Notes: generated by a model from the letters alone, not told the origin. Positions 9,774 through 20,624 are shown, counted from the first letter of the stretch. The stretch: DNA of 64,000 bases from Bacillota bacterium (GCA_021791495.1 JAJYWN010000034.1:16140-80139), one strand, 5' to 3'. Translations and numbers: made by a program.

Positions 9774-10030
9774 CCTCGGGCGTCCTCCTGTTTCGCCTCT
9801 TCCTTCCTATCTCGGATCAGTTCATCTACCAGGCTCTCGCCATCTTTCCGGAGTTGTCGGAAGATGCCACGTCCCTGTTGGATGGCGTTTGCCAGACGAA
9901 GCACACGAAACTCTCCGGGCCTCACAGGTTCCACCACCACGGCGTCACCCTCGTGGAAATCTAGTTCCTTGCGGATTTCCGCGGGTATGCACAGCCGTCC
10001 TCGCTCATCCAGCATCGCCCGAACCCCCAT
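9770..10030 (-). CDS. vapB: AbrB/MazE-type antitoxin (VapB)
   Basis: DERGRLCIPAEIRKEL swapped-hairpin motif; overlaps vapC start. Confidence 0.88.
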   Translation of the reverse strand: MGVRAMLDERGRLCIPAEIRKELDFHEGDAVVVEPVRPGEFRVLRLANAIQQGRGIFRQLRKDGESLVDELIRDRKEEAKQEDARG

Positions 10031-10149
10031 GCCACCCACCTCCTGTCTGCAAATGGGTCATCGACGTAATGTGGGTCAATCCGATTATATCCCATTTCTC
10101 ACATGTCTGGTACACTCGGCACACAAGACTCGAACGAAGAGGGAGGGTA

Positions 10150-11646
10150 TTACCCTCTGACCACGGCCATAATGGCCCGGCCGACCTTGGGCTGTCCATT
10201 GGCCTTGCTCGCGCGCACCAAACATGTGGCCATGGCCGCGCCCGCCAGGAGGGTCAGGAAGTAATAGGTTCTGGAGAAGCCGCGGAGAAATAGCCCGGCG
10301 TCCACCACTCCAGCTGTCGCGGACGCGGCCGATCCGGCCCAAGCCGCGAACAAAGAACCTGCCAGGGCCGTCCCGGTCATCATCCCAATGTTGCGGATGG
10401 TGGCCACCATGCCGCCCGTCAGCCCGAGTTTACTGCGGGGAACGGCGCCCATGATGGAGCTGTTGTTGGGAGAGTTAAAGATGGAGGTGCCGATGCCCAG
10501 AAGCACCAGCCTGACCGCCACGTCGAAGTACGTGCTATTGGCGGTGAGCCCGCCAAGGAGGTAGAGAGAGACGCCGGTTAGCCCCATGCCCACGGTCGTC
10601 GGGACGATAATGCCGATACGGTCCGAGAGCCAGCCGGAAAGGGGAGACACCAAGGCGGTGGTGAGCGGCGTCGGCAGCATCAGGAGTCCGGCCTGGTAGG
10701 GGGAGTACCCCATCATCCTTTGCAGGTAGAAGGGCATCAGAAGGCTGTTGCCGTTAAGGATGAGATAGGAGATCGGACCGGAGAGGTTCCCCATGGTGAA
10801 GGCCGGAATCCGGAAAAGGCCCAGGTCCAACATGGGATAAGGGCACCGCGACTCGCGGACGATCAAAAGCCCCAACGCCACCATGCCCGCCGCAACCACC
10901 AGCCAGAGCTTGGGCGAGGCCCACCCCCAGGCGAAACCGCGTGACGCGATGGTCAGAAGCGCCATGACCACCGAAGACATGATCACCGCGCCAAGGTAGT
11001 CGAAGGGCTCCCTGGTCTTCCTTTCGGGGTCCACGGGGAGAATCGCCCGTCCGAAGGCGTAGCCGAAGAGGCCGAGGGGCAGATTCACAAAGAACACGGC
11101 CCGCCAGCCGGCCAGACCGACCAAGAGTCCGCCCACCGGTGGACCCGCCAGGGCGCCGGCGGCCACCACCGACGCCAGAATCCCGAGGGCTCTCCCACGC
11201 TCCTCCGCTGGGAAAGTAATGGTGGTGATGGACATGGTGTTGGCGACCAGCATGGACCCGCCCGTGGCCTGGACCAAACGAAAAGCCAAGACCATGGGCA
11301 GGTTCTGCGCGAGCCCGCACGCCGCCGAGCCGGCGGTGTAGAGGAGAAAGCCGGTGGTGAAGATCCGCTTGCGTCCCACCGAGTCCCCCAGGCGCCCGAA
11401 CACCGGGAGCAGGGAGGACGTCGCCAGGAGGTAGATGCTGATCACCAGTTGGACGCTGCCCACGCCAGCCTTCAGCGCCGTGGACATCTGCGGAAGGGCC
11501 ACGGCGACCACGCCGGAGGTTAGGTTGTTCATGAACGAGGCTGTGGTCACCGTGGCCAACACGATCCACCGGTATGAGGGGCGCGATTGCAGCGACTCAC
11601 GGACGCCCGCGTAGCGCTTCTCTAGATTAGTGGCGGGAACGGACAC
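10150..11646 (-). CDS. DHA2 (EmrB/QacA-like) MFS transporter
   Basis: ~14 TM; GRLGDSVGRKR, GP.VGG.L, WR.VFFVNLP motifs. Confidence 0.92.
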   Translation of the reverse strand: MSVPATNLEKRYAGVRESLQSRPSYRWIVLATVTTASFMNNLTSGVVAVALPQMSTALKAGVGSVQLVISIYLLATSSLLPVFGRLGDSVGRKRIFTTGFLLYTAGSAACGLAQNLPMVLAFRLVQATGGSMLVANTMSITTITFPAEERGRALGILASVVAAGALAGPPVGGLLVGLAGWRAVFFVNLPLGLFGYAFGRAILPVDPERKTREPFDYLGAVIMSSVVMALLTIASRGFAWGWASPKLWLVVAAGMVALGLLIVRESRCPYPMLDLGLFRIPAFTMGNLSGPISYLILNGNSLLMPFYLQRMMGYSPYQAGLLMLPTPLTTALVSPLSGWLSDRIGIIVPTTVGMGLTGVSLYLLGGLTANSTYFDVAVRLVLLGIGTSIFNSPNNSSIMGAVPRSKLGLTGGMVATIRNIGMMTGTALAGSLFAAWAGSAASATAGVVDAGLFLRGFSRTYYFLTLLAGAAMATCLVRASKANGQPKVGRAIMAVVRG

Positions 11647-11687
11647 TAGGGGGCCTCCGGAGTACGGCGTTGGCAGAAACTCGCCCG

Positions 11688-12665
11688 CTACTCGCCCGCC
11701 CCGGTCTGGTAGAGCTCGGTACTGAGGTACTTCAGCCCGGTATCGTTGACCACGGTCACCACGCGCTGTCCGGCTTGCATCCTCCGGGCGACCTTGATGG
11801 CGCCGGCGACGTTGGCTCCCGAGGAGAAACCGGCGAAGATTCCCTCTTCCTTGGCCAGTCTCCTGGCAGTCTCAATGGCTTCCTCGTTGGTCACTGTCAG
11901 GACCTCGTCGGTTAGTTCCGGGCGATAGAACGGGGGAATCTGCCCGGTGGCGATACCCTGAATCTTGTGGCCGGAGACGGGTCCCCCCGAGATCGGTGCC
12001 GAGGTCGCGGGCTCCAGCACGACGACTTTGATCTTAGGGTCGTGCTTCTTCAAGGCCGCCGCAACCCCCATGGCCGTGCCGGCCGACCCGACGGCGATGA
12101 CGTAAGCGTCGAGCCGCCCGCCGGTCTGCCGGATGATTTCGGGGCCGGTCATCTCTTCGTGAACGCGAGGGTTGTTCGCATTGGTGAACTGGTCCACCCA
12201 GAAACCGTTTCGTTCCTCGGCGATCTCCTTGGCCCTGGCCTTGGCGCGCAGGTAGTCCGCGTTCGTCACCACGCCCCGGGGAGTCCCCGGCAACTGCGGA
12301 ACGAGCGCTACCTCGGCCCCCAGAGCCAGCAGCATCTGCCGGCGCTCCTCGCTCATCGTGGCCGGTAGGACCGCGACCATGTGATACCCCAGCACCGCGC
12401 AGGCTATGGCGAGCCCAGTCCCCATGTTCCCAGAGGTCTGGCTCACCACCGTCATGCCCGGTTTCAGAATGCCGTCCCGCTCCGCTCCACGGATGATGCC
12501 CAGAGCGGTACGGTCCTTCACGCTGGCGCCGGGGCTGAAGTACTCCAGCTTCACCAGAACCTCGGCGGGTACGCCTTCGGTCAGATGGTTCAGGCGCACG
12601 AGCGGGGTGTTCCCAACGGTTTCTAGCACGTTAGCGGCGATATCGGTCAACTTGATCAGCCTCAC
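11688..12665 (-). CDS. PLP-dependent cysteine synthase family protein
   Basis: GNTPLV, SVKDR (PLP Lys), TSGN.G, GSAGT, HKIQGI, G.SSGA. Confidence 0.9.
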   Translation of the reverse strand: MRLIKLTDIAANVLETVGNTPLVRLNHLTEGVPAEVLVKLEYFSPGASVKDRTALGIIRGAERDGILKPGMTVVSQTSGNMGTGLAIACAVLGYHMVAVLPATMSEERRQMLLALGAEVALVPQLPGTPRGVVTNADYLRAKARAKEIAEERNGFWVDQFTNANNPRVHEEMTGPEIIRQTGGRLDAYVIAVGSAGTAMGVAAALKKHDPKIKVVVLEPATSAPISGGPVSGHKIQGIATGQIPPFYRPELTDEVLTVTNEEAIETARRLAKEEGIFAGFSSGANVAGAIKVARRMQAGQRVVTVVNDTGLKYLSTELYQTGAGE

Positions 12666-12823
12666 CTTGTATGGTTTCCGCTTCCACTCTCAGACACTAT
12701 CATTTGTAACTTTCGCGGCCGCCCCACGACGTCCTGCACCTGAAACAAGTCGGCCCCTCTACCGCGGAGAAATGGCAGGAGACGGATGGCGAAAGGAGAA
12801 GCCGACTTGCTGGAGGCAAGTGG

Positions 12824-13393
12824 ATGGAGCGGACTCTCGTGCGTGTTGAGTGTCTAGACGGCGGTCTACAACCCGTCACCGCCACCCTTGACCGTGTCCG
12901 GCTACACCCGGAGGAAATCGCCGGGCTTCTGGCGTGCGATGGCGATGAAGCCAGGTACTCTGAGTTTCGAGACTGGGCAGCCGATTGGTTCGGGCGGTCG
13001 GCGCGGCCCGAAGTCGCCCTCTGCGCCCGGCACGAAATCAGCCTCGTCGGAATGGTACGGCTGTGGCGGTCTCCCCACGTGGCAGACCGGTGGTTTGTCG
13101 AGGGACTTGTGGTTGCCCCGAACTGGCGGCGCCGTGGGGTGGCCACGCAGCTTCTTCAGCAGGCATTCCTTCTGCTGGACTCATTGGGCGTTCGCGGACT
13201 CTACGCCCACATCTCCAAGACAAACACGGCTTCTCAGCAGCTCTTCGAGAAGCTCGGGTTCATCAGGGGGACCGATGCATACCTGAACAGCTGGGGAGAG
13301 CCCCGCGACGGAGTGGGATGGGAATACCGTATAGACCTGCCGCATGAACCTGACCGGACGGACATGACGGACATGACGGACATGACCGGCTAG
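12824..13393 (+). CDS. GNAT acetyltransferase
   Basis: V.P.WRRRGVA acetyl-CoA motif, N.AS..LFEKLGF. Confidence 0.88.
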   Translation: MERTLVRVECLDGGLQPVTATLDRVRLHPEEIAGLLACDGDEARYSEFRDWAADWFGRSARPEVALCARHEISLVGMVRLWRSPHVADRWFVEGLVVAPNWRRRGVATQLLQQAFLLLDSLGVRGLYAHISKTNTASQQLFEKLGFIRGTDAYLNSWGEPRDGVGWEYRIDLPHEPDRTDMTDMTDMTG

Positions 13394-14310
13394 CCGACCG
13401 AGGGGGACCTGACCACCGCCGTCCCCCCGTGCCAGGTGACCCTGTTCAGCCCGCCATAGCGGGAGTTGTCCCCGAAACAGAAGTGGCACGTGCCCCTGAC
13501 CGATTCGTCCTCCATGATGCAGCCGCTGACCTCCGCCTTGGCGTTGCCCCCAAAGCCCACCTCGGCCAGTTGGGAGTTCCGTGAGTCGACCGCGCGGCGG
13601 CCCAGCATCTCGGACCGATAGATCTGAAAGATAGGGTCGACCGAGCTCCTGCACCCTATCTCCGTGAGCCTCCCACCTTCCACGGTCAAGGCGACCGGGG
13701 TGGACACCCTGCCAAGGAAGACGCCGACGTCGGCCACGATGGTGCCGTTCACCGACTCCTCCACCGGGCTGGTTAGAAGCTCCCGCCCATGGATCATCCA
13801 CTGTCGCGGGACGAAGGTGATGTCCGTCCCACCGGGGGCGATGAGGTGGGTGAAGCTCCCGGGCACGGCGCGACGACTCATCTCCCGCTGCAGATTCTCC
13901 AGATAGGCCCGGTCGTCGGATGGGTCGGAAGAGTAGACCCGGAGCACGCTGCCCAAGGGCATGACTTCGTCGAAAAAGACGGGACGGCAGGCCACCTCCA
14001 GTCGAGGGCCCCCATCGTGGCGGAAAAGCTTCTGCAGACCCAACTCCGACCACATCCGGTGAGATGACAGCACCATGAGTCCATCTGCTGGATTGGTGAG
14101 GATCTCGGACATCTCCACCGGCCATTCGCCGAGAGGAGACGTCATCTCGACCATGACCGGGCGGGCTCCCCGCGCCAAGAGGCCGGAACGCAAGACCTCG
14201 GCCAGCGATGCTTTCTGAGCATCGAAGAGGATGCCCACTCTCCGACCCGGCGGGACATTGAAGAAGTGGGTCAGGATCGAATCGGCGGCACGCGCCAGAT
14301 CCGGGTTCAT
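13390..14310 (-). CDS. M29-like (thermophilic metalloprotease) aminopeptidase family protein
   Basis: AEVGFGGN, IMEDE...GTCHFCFGDN..YGG motifs; GGAGGAGG RBS before ATG 14310. Confidence 0.75.
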   Translation of the reverse strand: MNPDLARAADSILTHFFNVPPGRRVGILFDAQKASLAEVLRSGLLARGARPVMVEMTSPLGEWPVEMSEILTNPADGLMVLSSHRMWSELGLQKLFRHDGGPRLEVACRPVFFDEVMPLGSVLRVYSSDPSDDRAYLENLQREMSRRAVPGSFTHLIAPGGTDITFVPRQWMIHGRELLTSPVEESVNGTIVADVGVFLGRVSTPVALTVEGGRLTEIGCRSSVDPIFQIYRSEMLGRRAVDSRNSQLAEVGFGGNAKAEVSGCIMEDESVRGTCHFCFGDNSRYGGLNRVTWHGGTAVVRSPSVG

Positions 14311-14450
14311 GGGGCCACCTCCTCCGTCATGGTCGCGCCTGACTTCACCCCGTTCTCCAGACAGAAGATCGCCTCCTCCCGGATTACTCCATCCGGACCC
14401 AGGAAGCTTCAGGGGCAGCGTGGTAGAATCATGCAGTGGGAGGCGCCACC

Positions 14451-15314
14451 GTGAGTACAAGCCCATTCGCCGGGACAGCCCAATACTACGCCAAGTACCG
14501 GCTCGACTATCCGGAGGCACTGATTGCCCTGGTCAGGGACGCCTTCCGCCTGGACGGACGCGGCCGGTTGCTCGATGTCGGCTGCGGTACCGGGAAACTA
14601 ACCATCCCGCTTGGTAGGTACTTTGAGCACACTGTGGCCGTAGACCCGGATCCGGGGATGCTATGCGAGCTGGGGGACCAGTTGCGGCGCGGCGGCGAAG
14701 ACAGCGACGGCGACGCCGCTCAAGCCGGCACCATCTCCACTCTCTTGGCCCGTGCCGAAGAATGCCGGCCGCAGGAGTTGGGTACCTTCCGGCTCATCGC
14801 CAGCGGCGATGCCTTCCACTGGATGGACCGCGACCGGGTGCTCTGCCTGTGGCACCGGATGCTCGCGCCCGGTGCTATCCGGGATGAGTCAAGCACCAAG
14901 AGCGGCATAGCCATCGTAGGCACCGGCGGCGGCTCGATGAGCGCGCCGGCGGACTGGCAAAAGGCCGTCTGGGACGTGATCCGGCGTTGGCTCGGCCCGG
15001 AGCGGCGAAACGCCGGATGGCAGAAAGACGCCCGCCGCCACGAAGATGTCATCAAGGAGAGCGGGCTATTCACCATCACGGCCGTGGGCGCCGTGCCCGC
15101 GACCCACGTGCGCGACGTGGACTCCATCATCGGTTTCCTCTACTCCACGTCCTTTTGCAGCAGGTCCCTTCTGGGCGAAAACGCGCCACGCTTTGAAGAG
15201 GATCTGCGCCGTACGCTCCTGAAGGTCGAACCCAGCGGCCGGTTCTTGGAGGAGGTCAGCGCCGGGTACATCCTTGCCAGGCCGCTGGCGGTCTCGAGTG
15301 GAAGAAGCGAGTAG
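14451..15314 (+). CDS. Class I SAM-dependent methyltransferase
   Basis: LLDVGCGTG, AFHWMD; GGGAGG RBS and GTG start. Confidence 0.9.
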   Translation: MSTSPFAGTAQYYAKYRLDYPEALIALVRDAFRLDGRGRLLDVGCGTGKLTIPLGRYFEHTVAVDPDPGMLCELGDQLRRGGEDSDGDAAQAGTISTLLARAEECRPQELGTFRLIASGDAFHWMDRDRVLCLWHRMLAPGAIRDESSTKSGIAIVGTGGGSMSAPADWQKAVWDVIRRWLGPERRNAGWQKDARRHEDVIKESGLFTITAVGAVPATHVRDVDSIIGFLYSTSFCSRSLLGENAPRFEEDLRRTLLKVEPSGRFLEEVSAGYILARPLAVSSGRSE

Positions 15315-15345
15315 CCGTGAGGATCGGTGATGATCGTCGGCGCCG

Positions 15346-15794
15346 CTATCTGACGGACTCCTGGTCCTTGCCTTTGCCCTTGTCCTTGGCCATCTCTTCG
15401 ATGCGCCCAGCCACGTTAAAGATGATGGGTGGGCTTATCGGAGGCAGTGGCCGGCCGGCCTTGATGTAATCGGAGAGGTACACATCCAAATGCGTGGCCA
15501 GACGAAATCCACCGGCCCGAAAGGAATAAGGATTACCATAGGCCGGGCACCGGCGTTTACGGTGCGGTGGAACTCCGACCACCAGTAGCTGGGGGAGGCG
15601 ACGAAGGTAACGTTGGGGTTCTGCATTTTCAAGAGGAAACCATTGTACGGTTTGTAGCGCCTCAGTTTGGTGACGAACTGGAGGACCTCCAAGTAGCCCG
15701 CACTGGTCTCGTACAGGCGGCTGCGGAGGAAAAGCTCATCTAGAGACTGCTGGTCGTCGTCCAGGAACGGTAGCGATGTTTGGGGCGGCATCAC
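15346..15794 (-). pseudogene. Remnant of an ArdC-N-like ssDNA-binding domain protein, internally deleted
   Basis: Y.PYN..LL..QNP..TFVA....W...F.R.V..GARP..IL.PFGPV pattern breaks at ~15500; a C-terminal-looking tail continues in another frame. Confidence 0.6.
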
Positions 15795-15866
15795 CCTTGC
15801 TCCCTCCCCCTGACCCCTCGGGCGTCCCTCTTCTGGCCCTGGCCAGGAATTCCTTTCGACGCGCCT

Positions 15867-17186
15867 CTAGCAGGCGCCATCCCCAGGTTCCGTGGCGAGC
15901 GCCCGCCGCACCAGACTTACAGACTCCTCCACGATCCTATCCCCGGCGGCCGCCGCCAGAATGCCCTGCCGTTCTGACCTGCCAGGAATGTTGCCCAGCG
16001 TGCCGTTGGCCGGCGCCACGATGAGCAGATAGGGTGGCGCCACGCGGTCCCGGATCTCCGCCTCTCGGGCAGTGTGAAGTTCGCCCTCGACGCCGAGGAA
16101 GTAGATAGGACCCACTCTGATGATCTGCACTTCCGACGGTGTGGTGGCGACCTTCACACTTCTGACCGTCTCCAGTTGCCGACAGGCCCGCTCCCAATAG
16201 ACATACTGCTCCATCACCGCGCCCATGACCATGTTGTAGGTGGGGTTGCCAGACGCGGCGTCCGGGGCTTCACGGATGGTTCTATCCAAGACGGCCCGTT
16301 GCTTGTTAACGGCCGCCTGAAGCTCGTCTCCGGTGGGAAGAGGGCCGACGGGAACATCGATGATGGTGCTGAGAGAACACACCCGGTCTACCTCGACCGG
16401 CTCGAGATTGTCCTGGATAGCCAGGAGTTGTTCCACCAGGGCCCGACCCAGTCGGTCAACTTCAGCATAAGTCTGTTCGCGGCGGGTGCTGCGGGTGCTG
16501 ACGTCGCCGGCGGCGCCCATCAACAATACCACCTGGGCCCCGCCCAGAGCCGCGCCCAACACGTCGCAGGCCACGCCCACGAAATCCGATGAGGTCAAGA
16601 GGTTCTGCCATCCCAAGATGCTGGGGTGGCAAGCATAGGAGACCACCGCGCCTTTGACGGTGCCGTCGCACCGGATGAACTCGAGCAAGCCGGCGTATGG
16701 CTGGTAAGGAAGGTCCCGACGATCGCGGGTGGTCCCGATGCCTTCGATCGGCTGCCGTGTCGCAAGGAGGAGGCATTCCTCCCGGTCCCCGAGGGCCTCT
16801 TCGACGGAGCGGGCGGTGGCCTCGACCACCCTCTCGACGTAGTCCGGTTCGCCGAAGAAGTCCGGATCAATGCCTGGCGCGGCCGCTTCCACGCCGACGC
16901 CTCCTGGTGCGGAATGCACATGGGTGTGGGAGATGATGACCTGGGGTCCAGGGAGCCCGGTGCGCCTCTCGATTCGTGCCCGCGCCTCCCGGACCACCCA
17001 GGACATGTTCACAGCCAGATCACAGCTAACCAGAGCGACGGTCGCCGTCCCTTGGCTCACGGCGACGGTCCGTGCCCAAAGCGGATCGTGGTGGCCCACC
17101 ACCGGGAGCCGACGCTCCGTAGCGAAGCAACCGAACCTCGTCCCGACGGGCGGCGTGATGTCCGCTTTTCCAAAACCGGCCTTCAA
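15867..17186 (-). CDS. Neutral/alkaline ceramidase N-terminal-domain family hydrolase
   Basis: G...DITPP, HDPL.AR, HTHVHSAP, YACHP, S.DF.G, GAAGDVS; AAGGAGG RBS and TTG start. Confidence 0.82.
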   Translation of the reverse strand: MKAGFGKADITPPVGTRFGCFATERRLPVVGHHDPLWARTVAVSQGTATVALVSCDLAVNMSWVVREARARIERRTGLPGPQVIISHTHVHSAPGGVGVEAAAPGIDPDFFGEPDYVERVVEATARSVEEALGDREECLLLATRQPIEGIGTTRDRRDLPYQPYAGLLEFIRCDGTVKGAVVSYACHPSILGWQNLLTSSDFVGVACDVLGAALGGAQVVLLMGAAGDVSTRSTRREQTYAEVDRLGRALVEQLLAIQDNLEPVEVDRVCSLSTIIDVPVGPLPTGDELQAAVNKQRAVLDRTIREAPDAASGNPTYNMVMGAVMEQYVYWERACRQLETVRSVKVATTPSEVQIIRVGPIYFLGVEGELHTAREAEIRDRVAPPYLLIVAPANGTLGNIPGRSERQGILAAAAGDRIVEESVSLVRRALATEPGDGAC

Positions 17187-17442
17187 CGCTATCCCTCCTT
17201 GACCGCTACTACGGCCCTGTGCGTCTCCAAAAGGGGATTTTGCCCCAGACCACCGTAACCCTCTGCCGCCCCTGCGGCAGGCTTTGGCGAGACGGCGGAT
17301 AATACCATGTTGCGACGCGTGCCGTTCAGTTGGGAAAGCCGTACCTGGCCGGGGGCGAGTCCCGGCAAATACCGGGTAAGCCTGATCACGTAGGGCCGAC
17401 CGGAAGCCCGGCCGGCGAAGGGCAGATAGGAGGACTCGGAAC

Positions 17443-18284
17443 ATGCTCGTCACCATGAAGGAGCAGCTCGTCCAGGCGAAAAGAGACGGTTATGGGATCG
17501 GCGCCTTCAACGTTTATAACCTTGAGACGGCGGTAGCCCTCTTCGAGGCCTTCGACGAGACGCACTCGCCCGGCATCTTTCTGGCCGGCGGGCCCGATAT
17601 CCCTCAAGTGCTCGCCATCGTCGAGTCTCTTGCCACCCAGGTGTACCCCCGCATCCCAGTCTCCATCATCCTTGACCACGGCCGCGACTATGAGGCGGCG
17701 GTACGGGCCATCCGCGCCGGGTTCACGGCCGTCATGATCGACGGTTCCTCCTTTTCTTTCGTAGAGAACGTCCGGGTGACTTCGGAGGTCGTCCACTTAG
17801 CCCACGCTGTGGGAGTGACCGTCGAGGCCGAGCTTGGCCACGTCGGGGGGGCGCGGCAGACTCGGTGGAGGAGCGCCGAAGGCAGTTTACCAGGCCGGAT
17901 GAGTGCCGGAAATTCGTGGAGCTCACCGGTGTCGACTGCCTGGCGGTGGCCATCGGCACTGCCCACGGTCTTTATAAAGCCGGGACACCCACCCTCGATC
18001 TGGACCTTTTGAGGGAACTGGTGGCTTCGACCGATATCCCCCTGGTGCTGCACGGTGGGAGCGACACGCCGCTGGAACAGATCCAGGCGGCCATCAAGAT
18101 TGGTATCCAGAAAATCAACATCGCCACCGATATCAGGACGGCTTTCATCGCGGGGCTAAAGCAGGGGATCGCGGAGAACCCCGACGCCATCGACCCCAGG
18201 GTGTTCCTCAGGTCGGCCAAGCAACGCATGAAGGAAGAAGCGATCCGGAAGATCGAAGCCTTCGGCACCAGGAACCGCATCTAG
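17443..18284 (+). pseudogene. Class II ketose-bisphosphate aldolase, frameshifted at a G7 run (17845-17851)
   Basis: LDHG, VMIDGS, EAELGHVG in one frame; AIGTAHG, LVLHGGS, KINI.T in the next; one extra G restores a single ORF. Confidence 0.85.
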
Positions 18285-18767
18285 CCAAGAGGCAAACGAA
18301 AGGCAGAGCTGTAACCACAGAATAGAAACATCGCAAGCTTCTCGGTCGCTACTGGCCAGCTACCGCGCAGCATTGGAGCGCTCATCGCCGACTGTCGCCA
18401 GGCCGGCGGCCGCCAGGGAGTCGCTGCCGAGGAGGGTGTCAAATTCTCGCCGACACCGCGGGGCTTCAAACTGTCAAGTTTCTTATACACCCCCTCCCTC
18501 TCGGATACCCACTGGGGTATAACAAGACTTCTTGTGGAACCGGCCTTGGGGGAGACTGCCAGTGAGCGCACAGCCTCTGTTAGATCTAAAATGCTTGTAG
18601 CTTGGGCGTTCTTGCTAGGACAGGGCATGGTGGTTCAGACAATCGTCTACAGGCTGCCTTCCAGACCCTGAAACTGGGGCGTGGTGGCGGGGGGTGCATG
18701 AGGAATTTGGCAGTCTGCGGACCGCAGCTGTCAAGAAAACTATAACCTCAAGGGAGGAGATACACGG

Positions 18768-19361
18768 ATGCGCGCAACTCACCGTTTCGACCCGCAGCAC
18801 ATGGGGCGCCTGGTTAGCCCCGAACGGCGAAAGATGCTGGACCCCGTTAAAGCACTGGACTGTCTGGAGTTACGCCCGGGGATGGTGCTCGTAGACTTGG
18901 GCGCCGGTCCTGGTTTCTTCACTCTGGACGCGGCCCGCAGGGTGGCTCCTGACGGCAAGGTGCTGGCCATCGACATCTCCCAGGAGATGCTGGACCTCTG
19001 CGTGCAACGAGCCGCCGGAGAGGGAATCAAAAACGTGGTGCCAGTGCTGGCCTCCACCGGATCACGCGGGTACCCGGTAGCCCCCGCTAGCGTCGACGCC
19101 GTCCTGATGGCAATGGTGCTGCATGAAGCGGACTCGCCCGCTCGGATGTTGAGCGAGGTGCGCCGCATGTTGAAACCAGGCGGCGCCGTGCTGCTGGCGG
19201 AGTGGAAGAAAGAGGAATCGGCCATGGGTCCCCCGCTGGAGCACCGCCTGAGCCCGCGGGAAGCCACGGAGGGATTTGGGGCCGCCGGCTTCATCCGGAG
19301 TAATGATGGCTGCGAGGTCGGGCCCCACCATTACGCCCTCCGGTTTGACCTGCCTAGGTAG
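18768..19361 (+). CDS. Class I SAM-dependent methyltransferase
   Basis: DLGAGPG, AIDIS..M, VLHE, LKPGG. Confidence 0.9.
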   Translation: MRATHRFDPQHMGRLVSPERRKMLDPVKALDCLELRPGMVLVDLGAGPGFFTLDAARRVAPDGKVLAIDISQEMLDLCVQRAAGEGIKNVVPVLASTGSRGYPVAPASVDAVLMAMVLHEADSPARMLSEVRRMLKPGGAVLLAEWKKEESAMGPPLEHRLSPREATEGFGAAGFIRSNDGCEVGPHHYALRFDLPR

Positions 19362-19690
19362 GCGAAGAAGATCATGCTGTAGTACATCCGCTTGGCTTCC
19401 TCGTAGTCTTCAGGCCGCGGCTTCCGCCCGACCATGGCCCCGGAGGGGAAGGGGACGAACATGCGCTCCGGAAGCTTGTCGTCTTCTTCGGAGAACCATT
19501 GACGCAGGTTAAAGACCCTGGTCAAGGTGACAGCGCGCCGCGCCACATCATGGCCCGCACTTTCTCGGCATCCAGACTGTCGAAGGGCATGGGCGACAGA
19601 ACTCCCAGCGTCCGTAGTTCCTGGATGACGGCCCCTTCCTTGGCGTAGCCAATGTCGTGGAAGTTATGGCTGTGGCCGGCGCCGGCGGGT
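19360..19690 (-). pseudogene. Fragments of the C-terminal region of an aldehyde:ferredoxin oxidoreductase
   Basis: GA.H.HN.HD fragment and R.FNLR.......DD.LPERM...YY fragment in different frames. Confidence 0.6.
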
Positions 19691-19719
19691 AAATGCGAGC
19701 AGATTGCTGCTACCGCCAC

Positions 19720-20269
19720 CGTGACTACGAATGGGCCATACATCACCCTCTACGCTCGCGATGCTTTCGGTTTCAGCCCGTCGCAGATCAACCTGCTGTT
19801 CGCCTTCGGGCATTTCTTCGTCACCCTGTTCAGCCTGTTTGGCGGAAGGCTCATCGAGGCCAAGGGGACGCGTTGGTCCATGGCTACCGGGCTCATTGCC
19901 GGCCTGGGCCTCATCTTGGTGTGGCTGCTAGTGCCGGTCTACGCCGCCTCGGTGGCGGTCTTCATCTTGGTCCTGTTGGCCATGCAGGTCGGCATCATCG
20001 GGTGGGACACCGTCCGGACAGAAGGAGTATCCACCAAGGTCCTCGGGCGGGCACTGGGCGCCGTTGGAACGGTGACCGGTTTCGTAGGCGCCTTCGGGGC
20101 GCCGCTAGCATCTTGGCTGGTGGGGTTGACCGGACCCACGGCTCCCTTCTGGCTGGCCTTGAGCGTTGGGCTGGCAGCCGTGGCGTCCGTGCTGTGGAGC
20201 GGGCAAGATGTAACGGCGACACCACCGCCAAATCTGACAGAAAGCGCCATGGGGAAAGTAATAGAATAA
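19720..20269 (+). pseudogene. C-terminal half of an MFS transporter
   Basis: About 6 TM segments with GG.L....G.R motif; no RBS or N-terminal half. Confidence 0.6.
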
Positions 20270-20301
20270 GGTATCGGACAATCTTGAGGAGGGGAAGGCA
20301 C

Positions 20302-20624
20302 ATGCCTCCGACCGGTCTACCTTCCGGGAACCGTCTCATATGGCTCCCGCGCACTACCCTGGGATGGGTCGCCGTGGGTCTGGCTGCCTTTTTTGTTTTC
20401 ATACTCGCGATCGGACCGGTACTGGATGCGGGGGCGGTGTACGTCCCTCGCATATCTTGATCATCCTTGGGGTCTGTACCCTAGCTTCCGGCCTGGCGGC
20501 AGGCCCCGTAGCCTGGATGGCCATCTTCCGCCGGCACGACCGGTCGGTCTTGGTGCTCTTGGCCTTTCTGCCGTGCCTTCTCGCCCTGGCTTTCCTCATC
20601 GGAGAACTGGTGGTTCCGCACTAG
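20302..20624 (+). CDS. Small membrane protein, frameshifted at a G5 run (20430-20434)
   Basis: GAGGAGG RBS; P.T.LGW.AVGL N-part and AI....RS.LV...GE...PH C-part joined by +1 G. Confidence 0.6.

Noticed and set aside
18281-18700. 115-aa minus-strand ORF in a lower-GC gap
   Set aside because: No recognisable motif or RBS; may be a remnant but cannot be supported.
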